Origin: an uncultured candidate division Zixibacteria bacterium
Lineage (GTDB): Bacteria; Zixibacteria; MSB-5A5; UBA10806
Direction: 5' to 3'
DNA: 64,000 nucleotides
Assembly (NCBI GenBank): GCA_963817915.1
Contig: CAWFQL010000017.1
Location: forward strand, 32,001 to 96,000
Shown: positions 53,960-64,000 of the stretch, piece by piece
Position numbering within the stretch: position 1 is the first letter of the stretch
Layout of the letters: every line of letters begins with the position of its first letter
Made by a program: the position numbers and the translations under genes
Notes under the pieces: generated by a model
What the model was told of the DNA's origin: nothing
What the model saw: only the letters and a program-made list of their open reading frames with translations
Database searches by the model: none

Positions 53960-54484
53960 ATGATCGAATTGCCTCCTCTTCCGATAAAAATTTATGGCGA
54001 ACCGATATTGCGTCAGCAATCATCGGTGATTGAAAATATCGACGGTTCGCTCGTGGATTTTTTCCATGACATGACATTGACAATGAAGACCGCAAATGGT
54101 CTGGGGCTGGCCGCCAATCAGGTTGGCCGCGGCATAAGAGCATTTACGATAGATTTGTCTCACTTCGATGTGCTTGACGATCCTCAGGTGATTATCAATC
54201 CTGTGATCATGGAAACTTCGGGTTCTGTTATCGGGGAAGAAGGATGTTTGTCGTTCCCCGGGCTTTATCAGAATATTGAACGGCCCCAAAAGGTGACTAT
54301 CAAAAGCATAGATATTGACGGCAAAGAATATTTTTATGAGGCCGAAGGATTAATCGCCCGGGTGCTCCTGCATGAAATCGATCATCTAAATGGCGTGTTA
54401 TACATAGATAAGCTCAGCGCGGCGCAGCGGAATATTATTAAAAGCAAACTCACCAGAATAAAGGCTGGTGAGAGGGTAGAATGA
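53960..54484 (+). CDS. def: Peptide deformylase
   Basis: GLGLAANQVG, EGCLSFP, HEIDHLNG. Confidence 0.96.
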   Translation: MIELPPLPIKIYGEPILRQQSSVIENIDGSLVDFFHDMTLTMKTANGLGLAANQVGRGIRAFTIDLSHFDVLDDPQVIINPVIMETSGSVIGEEGCLSFPGLYQNIERPQKVTIKSIDIDGKEYFYEAEGLIARVLLHEIDHLNGVLYIDKLSAAQRNIIKSKLTRIKAGERVE

Positions 54485-55422
54485 GGCTGGTTTTTTTCGG
54501 GACCCCCGAATTTGCATCCAGATGCCTTGAAAAAATTATAGCGTCAGATCACGAGGTATTAGCGGTTGTTACCGCTCCTGATAAGCCTAAGGGCCGGGGT
54601 AAGAAAATTGAACCTCCTGACGTCAAGATTACGGCCTTGAAGCACGGGTTGGAGGTCTTTCAACCTGAGAAGCTGAAGGAAAAAGAATTCATATCAAGGC
54701 TAAAAGCATTAAAAGCCGATTTTTATTGTGTCGTGGCATTCCGGATTTTGCCCGAAGAGGTATTTTCAATGCCCACGAAAGGGTGTGTTAATTTGCACGC
54801 GTCATTATTGCCCAAGTATCGCGGGGCCGCACCAATTAATTGGGCGATTATCAAGGGCGAACATGAGACCGGCCTGACAACGTTTTTTATTCGCAAAAAG
54901 GTTGATACCGGTGATATAATAATGTGGGAAAAGATGAATATCGGGCCCGATGAGACATTTGGCGAGCTTCATGATAGAATGGCGGAAATGGGCGGCGATT
55001 TGATCGTAAAGACCATGAATTTGATTCAATCAGGCGCAATTAAAACAATGACGCAGGACGAGGTTCAAACATCGCCCGCGCCGAAATTGTCTCCTGAATC
55101 AGGCAAGATTAAATGGTTCGATACGGCATTCAATATACACAATCTAATCAGGGGTCTTTCGCCAAGACCCGGAGCCTATACATATAGAAATGGGAAAAAA
55201 CTCTTGATACTACGTTCAAAAATAAAAGAAATTAATAAGGTTATCAAAAATCCGGGCACGATCGTGCTGGCCGATCCTAAAAAAGGGATCGAAATCGGGT
55301 GCGGAAAAGGTGTTCTCGAATTGATCGAGCTTAAGCCGGAATCCGGCAAAGTAATCTCGGGCGCGGAATTGGTGCGCGGCTACCATTTAAAGGCGGGCGA
55401 GGAGTTCGGGGAGGCAAATTGA
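54481..55422 (+). CDS. fmt: Methionyl-tRNA formyltransferase
   Basis: FFGTPEFA, PDKPKGRG, NLHASLLPKYRGAAPI, DTGD. Confidence 0.96.
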   Translation: MRLVFFGTPEFASRCLEKIIASDHEVLAVVTAPDKPKGRGKKIEPPDVKITALKHGLEVFQPEKLKEKEFISRLKALKADFYCVVAFRILPEEVFSMPTKGCVNLHASLLPKYRGAAPINWAIIKGEHETGLTTFFIRKKVDTGDIIMWEKMNIGPDETFGELHDRMAEMGGDLIVKTMNLIQSGAIKTMTQDEVQTSPAPKLSPESGKIKWFDTAFNIHNLIRGLSPRPGAYTYRNGKKLLILRSKIKEINKVIKNPGTIVLADPKKGIEIGCGKGVLELIELKPESGKVISGAELVRGYHLKAGEEFGEAN

Positions 55423-56987
55423 GCGCGAGAATAAGTACTGAAATATATGTCAATGTCACCGATTATGAGACTCGTATAGCGGTAGTCGAGGATACCAAAT
55501 TAGTCGAACTGCTGGTCGAGCGGCCTGAAAAGGAACGGATAGTCGGGAATATTTATAAAGGTAAAGTCACCGCGGTTTTGCCCGGAATCCAGGCGGCATT
55601 CGTAGATATCGGTTTGGAGAAAGCGGGCTTTCTTCATTTTTCGGATACTACTTTTAACCAAGGCGAGCGAAGCATGCTTTTCGATATGGATTTTATCGAT
55701 GAGGAAACTCTTGATACTCCGGTCGTCTCGAAAGTCAAAAGGTCTTCGACCATCACGGACATAATCAAAAAAGGCCAGGAGTTGCTTGTTCAGGTCATAA
55801 AAGAATCTATAGGAAGCAAAGGGCCTCGTCTGACGAGCCAGATTTCTTTGCCGGGAAGATATGTTGTGATGGTTCCCGGCGGAAGCCATATAGGGATTTC
55901 AAAAAAGATATCGAATGTCAGCGAGAAGAAACGTTTGCGAAAGGCTGTGTCGGAATTCAAGCCGCCGAATTTTGGAATTATTGTCAGGACTGTGGCGCAG
56001 GGGAAGGATCAAAAGGAATTCAAGGCCGACATGAGTCTTCTTTCCAAGCTTTGGGAGAAGATGAAGAAGAAGGTTGAATCGACCAAGGCTCCGGCTCTGG
56101 TGCATAAAGACCTTGAATTAACCGGCGGGATTATCAGAGATTTATTGACACCGGATATAAGCAAAGTCGTGATCGATAATAAAAATGAATTTGCCCTTAT
56201 TATGAAATATCTGAAGGCATTAGACCCCAATTTGCGTTCTCTGGTGCAATATTACGGTGACAGGGAGCCACTTTTTGATAAGGCAGGGATCGAGGCAGAA
56301 ATCGAGAAAATGCTTGAAAGGCGTGTCTGGATTAAACGGGGCGCCAATATTGTTATAGATCAAACGGAGGCTGTGGTCGCAATCGATGTCAATACCGGCC
56401 GTTCCAGTTCAAGGGGTAAGGGCGAGGATAATATTTTTCAGACTAATATCGAGGCCGCCAAGGAGATTGCCCGTCAGATAAGGCTTCGTGATATCGGCGG
56501 TATTATCATCATAGATTTTATCGATATGGAAAACCGGGAAAGCCGACGCCGGGTCTATGATGAATTCAAGAATGCCTTATCGCGAGATAGATCGGAAAAT
56601 TATATTTCATCGATCTCGGATTTGGGTTTGGTCGAGATGACCCGTGAACGTATAAGGCCGTCATTCATGCATACATTCTCGGAGCCGTGCCCGGTTTGCG
56701 ATGGTGTCGGCAGAGTCCTTTCGAGTGAGTCGCTGGCAGTCAAGATCGAGAGATGGTTTAAGAGGGTGGCGGCAGGCTCAAGCAATAAGCATTTCCAGTT
56801 GACCGTAAATCCCAGAGTGAGCGAATTACTGTTGTCGGGAAAGCCGTCGCGCGTCAGGAAATTAGAGAAATTCTACGGATTCAAAATCAGCGTGGTAGTA
56901 GATACATCGCTGAAACCGGAGGTCTTTGAGATATTGGATTTGACATCCGATGAGGATATCACAAATAAAATTCAGATAAAGAAGTGA
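55419..56987 (+). CDS. rng: Ribonuclease E/G family
   Basis: GNIYKGKV..VLPG.QAAFVDIG, IDVNTG, RLRDIGGIIIIDFIDM, CPVC.G.G. Confidence 0.92.
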   Translation: MSARISTEIYVNVTDYETRIAVVEDTKLVELLVERPEKERIVGNIYKGKVTAVLPGIQAAFVDIGLEKAGFLHFSDTTFNQGERSMLFDMDFIDEETLDTPVVSKVKRSSTITDIIKKGQELLVQVIKESIGSKGPRLTSQISLPGRYVVMVPGGSHIGISKKISNVSEKKRLRKAVSEFKPPNFGIIVRTVAQGKDQKEFKADMSLLSKLWEKMKKKVESTKAPALVHKDLELTGGIIRDLLTPDISKVVIDNKNEFALIMKYLKALDPNLRSLVQYYGDREPLFDKAGIEAEIEKMLERRVWIKRGANIVIDQTEAVVAIDVNTGRSSSRGKGEDNIFQTNIEAAKEIARQIRLRDIGGIIIIDFIDMENRESRRRVYDEFKNALSRDRSENYISSISDLGLVEMTRERIRPSFMHTFSEPCPVCDGVGRVLSSESLAVKIERWFKRVAAGSSNKHFQLTVNPRVSELLLSGKPSRVRKLEKFYGFKISVVVDTSLKPEVFEILDLTSDEDITNKIQIKK

Positions 56988-57051
56988 CCCCCGGACCATC
57001 GCGCTGTTTACCAACTCTCAAGACATTGGCCGATAATTATAATTTCGAATC

Positions 57052-58306
57052 ATGGGCAAAATAGACCAAAATAAATTATCCTCGATTCTAATCCTGACCG
57101 GAAATCTGATTTTCGCGTCTTCAGTTGTGATAACCAATGTCCCCGCCTATTTAGGATTGCTGATTGCGCTTGTTGGAATTTGTCTTGATATCAATAAAGT
57201 CCGTCAACTGCTCAGCAATAGAATATTTATTCTAATTGTTTCTTTTCTGGTCTGGGGCATGATATTGTCATTAACACTCAAAGATCATAAATCTTTGGCA
57301 TTTACGACAGTATTTTCATTCGCGGGGCATTGGCTGATACCATTTTCATCGGGATTCTGCCTGGAGTCAAAAGATAGAAACCGGCTGAAAATGATATTTA
57401 TCGCGGTTGTAATGATAGTGGGAGTAATGAGTCTCGGGGCATATCTGGGATTATATAATGCGCCTGATCTTAGCAAAGAAGGGATGCTGTGGGGTTTTCA
57501 TCATCATATAGCATTTGCGGCTATTTTGATGATGGCCTTTTTTATTATTTATAATATGGCGTTAGCAAAGGGGATTTCTCGTACGAAAGTTTTCATATTT
57601 TCAGCAATAGCGTTGCTGGCATTTATATTCGTGATTTTAACAGGCAGCCGGAGCTATTGGCTGGCAGGCATTATATCATTTGCGGCGGCCTCTATATATA
57701 ATATCGTAGTCGGCAGGGCGAGGAAGATATCATTGCTGATAATCGGTGTGGGGATACTGGCTATTGTAGTAGTCTCATTAATATTTCCTACAGGTGCAAC
57801 AGCGGTATAAAATGACTAATTTGAATGATAGCAATTATATCTATCGAAGAAATATGGCTATGATGGCATCGTATATTATTCGCGATCACCCAATAGTGGG
57901 TATCGGTCCGGGTCAGATGCCATACGCCAAAGAATATTATGATAAGATGGATTCATTGGGGCTAGTATTGGATTCGGGCTATCTAAAGAAAAAGCATTTG
58001 CATAATATGTATCTTCAAGTCGGGTCGGAATTCGGCTTGATTGGATTATTTATTTTTCTATCAATTTTGGTCATGTCGCTGGTGAAGATTCGTCAGTCGA
58101 TGAAATTCGCTACCAAGGATTCATTCGAAAACAGCCTGGGGTATGGCGTCTTTTGGGGATTCATCACGCTTATGATCGGTGAGATGTTCGATTGTCTATT
58201 GAGGGGCCCGGCCGTCGCGATGATAGCATTCTGGCTGATCGGAGCATCGATATCCTCGAAAGCTCTGGATAAAAGCGATGCCAATAAATTGCCGTTTGAA
58301 AAATAA
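57052..58306 (+). CDS. O-antigen ligase (WaaL/Wzy_C) family protein, frameshift near 57800
   Basis: Multiple TMs and LTGSRS in the first ORF; HPIVGIGPG and HLHNMYLQ..SEFGLIG in the second. Confidence 0.82.
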
Positions 58307-58342
58307 CTGAGGTATGATTTGGGTATATGATGGGAGTATTAA

Positions 58343-58876
58343 TTGACTTACGATAATTCTATTTTGCAGGTCGCTTCGATGATGGAGCTTGCGGCCAGGA
58401 CCGCTCCAAAAGCCAGGGGCGAGGATTTTGTCGAAATATTGGTATTGGGGAGAGACAAGCTGGAAGAGCTTGCGCGGGGCATGGAAAAATTCGGACTCGA
58501 AAGGGGTAGGAAGAATTTCGATCGCGACGCCCAAAATGTCAGAAATTCATCGGCGGTGGTTTTAATCGGGTTGAAGGATGCTACAACCACCGGGCTTAAT
58601 TGCGGCGCATGCGGTTTTTCAACCTGCAAGCAGATGGAATCGTCAAAGCCGATTGACGAGGATTTTAAGGGTCCGATTTGCAGTTATCGGCTTCTTGATC
58701 TCGGAATAGCCCTGGGTTCGGCCGTGAAAACAGCGCAGATACTCAACGTGGACAATCGGATAATGTACAGGATTGGGGTTGTTGCCCGTTGGCTCAAAAT
58801 CGTAAAATGGGATTATTTGATGGGCATACCGCTTTCGGCAACGGGTAAAAACATATATTTTGACCGTCGGGCGTGA
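58343..58876 (+). CDS. DUF2148 ferredoxin-like domain protein
   Basis: AARTAPKARG, FDRDA.NV, NCGACGFSTC, C....DLGIALGSA, VDNRIMY, KNIYFDR. Confidence 0.85.
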   Translation: MTYDNSILQVASMMELAARTAPKARGEDFVEILVLGRDKLEELARGMEKFGLERGRKNFDRDAQNVRNSSAVVLIGLKDATTTGLNCGACGFSTCKQMESSKPIDEDFKGPICSYRLLDLGIALGSAVKTAQILNVDNRIMYRIGVVARWLKIVKWDYLMGIPLSATGKNIYFDRRA

Positions 58877-58928
58877 AACAAAATATGCCATATCGGGTTA
58901 AATGAAGTTGGTGTGGGCCATAATGGGC

Positions 58929-58956
58929 TTGACTGGAATTGGAATATTATTATATT
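58929..58956 (+). promoter_or_regulatory. Candidate rplU promoter TTGACT-N16-TATATT
   Basis: Upstream of the AGGAGG RBS (58980-58985) and ATG 58990. Confidence 0.45.
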
Positions 58957-58989
58957 TGTAATTTTTAATTAGGAGCAGCAGGAGGATTA

Positions 58990-59301
58990 ATGCACGCAAT
59001 AATTGAAACAGGCGGAGAACAGGTACCAGTCGAGCTCAATGGTAAATGCAAAATTCCCCGCCTTGAGTCTGAGGTCGGCAACGAGGTCAAATTCGATAAG
59101 GTACTTCTTATTGCCGACAAAAATGCGCCCAAAATAGGCAAACCATATATAAGTGGGGCCTCAGTAAAGGGTGAGGTTATAAGTCACGGCAAGCTTGACA
59201 AGGTGATAATCTTTAAATTTAAAAGACGCACCAAATATCGCCGTAAAACCGGACATCGACAGGGCTATACCGAGGTTTTAATCAAAGCGATAAATTCTTG
59301 A
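58990..59301 (+). CDS. rplU: 50S ribosomal protein L21
   Basis: MHAIIETGG.Q, IGKPYI.GA.V, FKFKRR..YRRK.GHRQ.YT. Confidence 0.95.
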   Translation: MHAIIETGGEQVPVELNGKCKIPRLESEVGNEVKFDKVLLIADKNAPKIGKPYISGASVKGEVISHGKLDKVIIFKFKRRTKYRRKTGHRQGYTEVLIKAINS

Positions 59302-61619
59302 TAAAAAAAGCCTTATTCATTTCGAACATACTGGTTTTTTGGTTGATTCTGGGCGCGGTATCTGCTCAAGCTCAACAATCCGAGAGCGGCCCCGGCGAAT
59401 CCTGGGGAAAATCCATATTGTCAGTGGCTGTAAGGGGAATCCAAAGCGCTGATTCATTCCTTGTAATAAATTCATCCGGATTAATAACGGGGAATGTTTT
59501 ATCACCTGGGATGGTTCAGGACGCGGTTCGGGGCATATACGCGATCGGAGTCTTTTCCGATGTGGATATCGACGTGGCTGCAATAGGCAGTGGAGTCAAT
59601 GTTACTATTGTAGTTAAAGAATATCCCAAGCTGAGGAAGATAAAAATCAGCGGAAATAAGAAAATTAAAAGATCCAAGATTGACGAAAAATTAACATTAT
59701 TTGAAGGCAGGACAGTTTCCCCAAGCGAAATAAAGAATAATATCGAACGAATAAAGTCGATGTACTCGGAAAAAGGATATTTGCTTGCCACAGTAGATGT
59801 AAATAAAATCCCTGTAGTCGATAATCCTGCCCAAACTGACCTCGAATTCAATATTTCCGAGGGCGGCAAGGTCAAAATCGGCCAAATAACATTCTCAGGT
59901 AATACAATCTATATAGGAAGCAAGCTTCGCGGAAAAATGTCGACCAAGCAGAAATCATTTTTCCGATCCGGCAACTTCGAAAAAGATAAATATCTCGAAG
60001 ACAAAGATAAAATAGTGACATTTTATAAGGATAATGGGTATATCGATGCCGTCGTTCTCGGCGATTCTATCTGGTATTCCAATGATAAAAGCCAGATGTT
60101 TATCAATATCAGGCTAAGGGAAGGAAACAAGTATTATTTTGGCAAGGTGAATTGGGAAGGCAATAATAAATTTACCAATGATCAGATCAAAAGCTGCATA
60201 GAATTCAAAGAAGGCGGCATTTACGACCAGAAAAAATACGATGAGAGCCTGGGTAAAATCAGCGAAATGTATTATGATTTTGGATATTTATATCTTCAGA
60301 TAGATGATAAGGCTTCTCCTCGCGGCGATACAATGGATTTCAATCTGAAATTAACCGAAAACAATCCGGCGAAAGTCCGCATGATCAATATTGTCGGCAA
60401 TACCAAGACCAGGGAAAATGTCATTCGCCGCGAATTGATGATAATGCCGGATACGATATTCAGCCGTCCATTGCTGATAAGATCATTGAGGGAGGTAATG
60501 ACCCTCAATTTCTTTGAAAATGTCACACCAAATATGGAAACATTGCCGAATGGCGATATCGATTTGAATTTGGAAGTCAAAGAAAAACCGACAGGCCAAT
60601 TTTCGGTCGGCGCGGGTTATTCTCAGACTGACAAGCTTGTGGCCAATATCGGCCTTGGCGTACCCAATTTACTTGGAACGGGGCAGACAGCTACCTTGAA
60701 TCTAGAATTGGGCAAGCTTCTTAATAGTTTCGATATTAGCTATCAAGAGCCCTGGCTATTGGGCACCCCGACATCGATATCATTGAATTTCTATCTGCAG
60801 GAGCATTTGTATAATAGTTGGTATACCGAGCAACGTTTAGGGGGAAATTTCCAGGTTGGCAGAAGGCTGAAATGGCCCGATAATTATTTTAGAATTTTCT
60901 CTGGATATAGACTTGAACAGGTTGATTACAGCGGCATTAGCGCAGATTATATAGCCGCGAACGATTCCAATCGATTTTCAGTAGATAAATATAAATGGCC
61001 GTTATCGACTTCGGCAGTATCATTATCTATAATCAGAGATTCCAAGGATTTGCCGCAATTTGCCACCAAGGGTTCTATCTTGTCATGGCATGGAGAAATG
61101 GCCGGAATGTTCCTTGGCGGGAGCTGGGACTATTACAAAGAATTTTATTCTATTGAATATTACAAAACCGTATTCTGGAAATTTGTATTGATGGGCCGTG
61201 CCAAATACGGCGAAATATCAGGCCTTCACGGCGATGCCAGCATACCGTATAGCGACAGGTTCGCGCCGGGAGGGGTTGATCCCGACGGCACGATTCGAGG
61301 TTATGATGACGGTCTGGTTGGCCCATATGATAGCAGGGGAGCGTTCTTAAAAGGGCGATTCGAGTTAATTTATAACCTGGAATTGACATTGCCTATAAGT
61401 GATCAGCAATTCTATATACTTTTATTCTCCGATGCCGGTAATGCATACCGCAATTTGGAAAATATTCGTCTCACCAAAGGGTATATGCGTTCGGTAGGAG
61501 TAGGTTTTAGAGTGATAGTTCCCTATGTTGGTATCATGGGATTTGATTTTGGATATCCCTTCGATGGTCATGAAAAGGGGAAATGGAAACCCCATTTCCA
61601 AATTGGCAGGGGATTTTAG
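59298..61619 (+). CDS. bamA: Outer membrane protein assembly factor BamA
   Basis: POTRA repeats (I..SGN, GNTKTRENVIRRE), IRGY motif, SVGVGFR, C-terminal F. Confidence 0.94.
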   Translation: MIKKALFISNILVFWLILGAVSAQAQQSESGPGESWGKSILSVAVRGIQSADSFLVINSSGLITGNVLSPGMVQDAVRGIYAIGVFSDVDIDVAAIGSGVNVTIVVKEYPKLRKIKISGNKKIKRSKIDEKLTLFEGRTVSPSEIKNNIERIKSMYSEKGYLLATVDVNKIPVVDNPAQTDLEFNISEGGKVKIGQITFSGNTIYIGSKLRGKMSTKQKSFFRSGNFEKDKYLEDKDKIVTFYKDNGYIDAVVLGDSIWYSNDKSQMFINIRLREGNKYYFGKVNWEGNNKFTNDQIKSCIEFKEGGIYDQKKYDESLGKISEMYYDFGYLYLQIDDKASPRGDTMDFNLKLTENNPAKVRMINIVGNTKTRENVIRRELMIMPDTIFSRPLLIRSLREVMTLNFFENVTPNMETLPNGDIDLNLEVKEKPTGQFSVGAGYSQTDKLVANIGLGVPNLLGTGQTATLNLELGKLLNSFDISYQEPWLLGTPTSISLNFYLQEHLYNSWYTEQRLGGNFQVGRRLKWPDNYFRIFSGYRLEQVDYSGISADYIAANDSNRFSVDKYKWPLSTSAVSLSIIRDSKDLPQFATKGSILSWHGEMAGMFLGGSWDYYKEFYSIEYYKTVFWKFVLMGRAKYGEISGLHGDASIPYSDRFAPGGVDPDGTIRGYDDGLVGPYDSRGAFLKGRFELIYNLELTLPISDQQFYILLFSDAGNAYRNLENIRLTKGYMRSVGVGFRVIVPYVGIMGFDFGYPFDGHEKGKWKPHFQIGRGF

Positions 61620-61662
61620 TCTGATAAGCAAAAATAACATATTGTTTGTATAAGGAGACTAT

Positions 61663-62175
61663 ATGAAATGGGTTATTTGCGCCGTACTAATGCTTTTCAC
61701 TCCGGTTATCGCCATGGCGCAGGCAAAGATCGGGTATGTAGATTCACAGAAAATATTTGCCCAATCGCCTGAATTTCAGGAAGCCCAGGCCAAATTGGAC
61801 AAGGAAGTTGAAGACTGGCAAAGCCTGGCAGCTACGATGAACGATGAAATCAAAAAGCTGAAAGAGGATTCCGAAAAGAATTCACTGGTATGGTCATCGT
61901 CGAAGAAGAAGGAATCTGACGCCCTTCTACAAGCGAAACAGGATACATTACAGCAATATCTCGATGCGACATTCGGGCAAAACGGTAAGGCAGAAAAGCG
62001 GATGGCAGAGCTTTCCAAGCCAATTAAGGATAGGATAATTGGTATAATTCGTCGCATCGCAATCGAAAACGATTACGATATAGTTCTCGACGCGGCCAAT
62101 GTAAGTATTGCCTATGCCAAGGAAAGCCTGGATTTAACCGATGAAGTCATGGCGGAATTAGCCAAAGAGAAATAA
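61663..62175 (+). CDS. skp: Periplasmic chaperone Skp/OmpH
   Basis: KIGYVD, coiled coil, YDIVLD, DLTDEV. Confidence 0.92.
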   Translation: MKWVICAVLMLFTPVIAMAQAKIGYVDSQKIFAQSPEFQEAQAKLDKEVEDWQSLAATMNDEIKKLKEDSEKNSLVWSSSKKKESDALLQAKQDTLQQYLDATFGQNGKAEKRMAELSKPIKDRIIGIIRRIAIENDYDIVLDAANVSIAYAKESLDLTDEVMAELAKEK

Positions 62176-63195
62176 ATGTCATTTACTCTCGGCCAGATTT
62201 CCACTGAAATCGGCGCCACCCTTAAAGGCGATGCGGGCTTAGTTATAACTGATTTGGCGTCTATAGAAGCGGCCTCGACGGGCGAGTTATCATTCGTAGT
62301 ATCTCCAAAATATAGAAAAGAAGCAGAATCCTCGAAAGCATCGGCGCTAATCTCGTATCCGAAATTCGAATCAAAATCCAAATCTCTTTTGGTCATGGAT
62401 GATCCATACCTTGGTTTTGCCAAGGCTATGAGGCTTTTTTATCGATGTTTTCCTTCGGTTACTCCTGGAATCGAGAAAACTGCGGTAATAGCAGATGGGG
62501 TCGCAATTCCCTCAGATACTTATATCGGGCATAATGTCGTTATTTCTAAAGGCGCGAAGATTGGCAAGGGAGTAATAATACAGGCGGGAGTGTTTGTCGG
62601 AGAAAATTCGGTAGTTGGCGATAATTGTGTAATTTATCAGAATGTGACTATTCGTGAGAATATCGAAATTGGGAACAGGGTCGTGATTTATCCCAACGCC
62701 GTTATAGGATCGGATGGGTTCGGGTACAGATGGGACGGCGTAACCTATTTGAAAATCCCGCAAATAGGCACGGTCGTAATCGAGGACAATTGCGAAATCG
62801 GAGCAGGAACGACAATAGATCGTGCCACTATGGGCAAGACAATTATCGGCAAGAACACCATAATAGATAATCAGGTTCAAATCGGTCATAACTGCATAAT
62901 CGGTCCTGGGTCAGCAATATGCGCGCAGGTGGGGCTGGCAGGAAGTACGACGCTCGAAAAACGTGTAACTCTCGCCGGGCAAGTCGGAGTGGCCGGACAT
63001 CTGACAATCGGCGAAAATTCATTTATAGAAGCGCAATCGGGCGTGGCATCGGATACTCCGCCTAATTCGATCTATTTTGGCTATCCTGCAAAGGACATAA
63101 AAAAGGCCCATAAAATTGAGGCTATAATCAATCATCTTCCGGAATATGTAATTAGAATTAGAAAATTAGAATCGCTCTTCAATAAAAAAAGCTAA
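62176..63195 (+). CDS. lpxD: UDP-3-O-acylglucosamine N-acyltransferase
   Basis: DPYLGFA, hexapeptide repeats, IGSDGFGY, KIPQIG, TIDRA, IDNQVQIGHN. Confidence 0.95.
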   Translation: MSFTLGQISTEIGATLKGDAGLVITDLASIEAASTGELSFVVSPKYRKEAESSKASALISYPKFESKSKSLLVMDDPYLGFAKAMRLFYRCFPSVTPGIEKTAVIADGVAIPSDTYIGHNVVISKGAKIGKGVIIQAGVFVGENSVVGDNCVIYQNVTIRENIEIGNRVVIYPNAVIGSDGFGYRWDGVTYLKIPQIGTVVIEDNCEIGAGTTIDRATMGKTIIGKNTIIDNQVQIGHNCIIGPGSAICAQVGLAGSTTLEKRVTLAGQVGVAGHLTIGENSFIEAQSGVASDTPPNSIYFGYPAKDIKKAHKIEAIINHLPEYVIRIRKLESLFNKKS

Positions 63196-63271
63196 CAAAA
63201 GCATCAAGGGAACATTAACGCAAAAGGGTTCGTTAAGCTTTCCGAGAGAGAAGAATATTATTTAAGGAGTC

Positions 63272-63604
63272 ATGATGTCAAAAATTATAGAGATTAATGA
63301 GTCAAATTTCGAAGAGGAAGTAAAAAAATCGGATGTGACTGTCATGGTTGATTTTTGGGCCACCTGGTGCGGGCCCTGCCATATGATCGCGCCATTTGTC
63401 GAAGAAGCGTCAACTGTGTATGATGGGAAGTTGAAAGTCGGCAAGATTGATGTTGATAATAACCAGGATCTGGCCTCGAAATTTTCTGTGATGTCGATAC
63501 CGGCATTGATATTTTTCAAAAATGGCAATGTTATTGATCAGATAATCGGCGCGGTACATAAGAAGGTTCTATTCGAAAGAATTGACAAGGTATTGGCCAA
63601 GTGA
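63272..63604 (+). CDS. trxA: Thioredoxin
   Basis: DFWATWCGPC. Confidence 0.95.
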   Translation: MMSKIIEINESNFEEEVKKSDVTVMVDFWATWCGPCHMIAPFVEEASTVYDGKLKVGKIDVDNNQDLASKFSVMSIPALIFFKNGNVIDQIIGAVHKKVLFERIDKVLAK

Positions 63605-64000
63605 AAAACGATTATCAGGATTCCAGTGTAATTGACAAAATTATAAAGGAATCGAAAATAATCGCCGTAGTCGGTCTTTCGGATAAGCCAGACAGGCCGA
63701 GTTATGGAGTAGCCCGGTATCTCCAATCTCGTGGCTATAAAATAATTCCAGTCAATCCCATGCTTCACAGTGTATTAGGCGAAACGTCGTATCCCGATAT
63801 CGGTTCAATTCCCGGCAAGATTGATGTAGTCGATATTTTCAGAAAAAGTGAAGATGTTGGCCCGATAGTAGACGCGGCGATTGCCAAGAAGGCCGGTTCT
63901 ATTTGGATGCAGGAAGGTGTTGTAAATGAAGACGCGGCATCTAAGGCTGCAGCGGCAGGGCTGGATGTGGTCATGGATCTTTGTATGCTCAAGGAACATT
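63601..64000 (+). CDS. CoA-binding protein (YccU-like), truncated by the window end; absent from the ORF track
   Basis: GTG 63601 overlaps the trxA stop; translates MKNDYQDSSVIDKIIKESKIIAVVGLSDKPDRPSYGVARYLQSRGYKIIPVNP...VVDIFR...WMQEG...VVMDLC. Confidence 0.9.
   Translation, partial: MKNDYQDSSVIDKIIKESKIIAVVGLSDKPDRPSYGVARYLQSRGYKIIPVNPMLHSVLGETSYPDIGSIPGKIDVVDIFRKSEDVGPIVDAAIAKKAGSIWMQEGVVNEDAASKAAAAGLDVVMDLCMLKEH

Overview
Bacterial chromosomal window, probably from a Zixibacteria-like lineage (inferred from the dockerin-type C-terminal module and several YPNPFN-type FlgD/T9SS-like C-terminal domains). It opens inside an ADP-forming acyl-CoA synthetase and ends inside a CoA-binding protein. 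Main blocks: (i) a complete alternative complex III (actABCDEF plus a small actG-like gene) contiguous with an A2-type caa3 oxidase, two SCO proteins, heme A synthase and DUF420 (10.3-24.9 kb); (ii) an AT-rich PP-loop amidotransferase / carbamoyltransferase / methyltransferase island (28-31.8 kb); (iii) a stand-alone GlmL-like ATPase, then a small-gene island with a REP-associated tyrosine transposase (RAYT) between inverted TGCG-type palindromes and a GIY-YIG nuclease embedded in an array of GTCATTCC palindromes (33.9-37.8 kb); (iv) housekeeping genes (glyQS, recO, ftsB-like, eno, polyprenyl synthase, yajC-def-fmt-rng, rplU-bamA-skp-lpxD, trxA). Many intergenic gaps are mosaics of palindromic repeats from at least seven families. 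The most unusual signals are the GIY-YIG gene occupying the spacer slot of a 122-bp palindrome-doublet tandem repeat, and ~23-26-nt 'CCGnC-loop-GnCGG hairpin + tail' micro-insertions seen as filled and empty alleles inside other repeats. At least eleven genes carry frameshifts, most likely long-read indel errors. All calls come from reading motifs by eye; no database searches were run.
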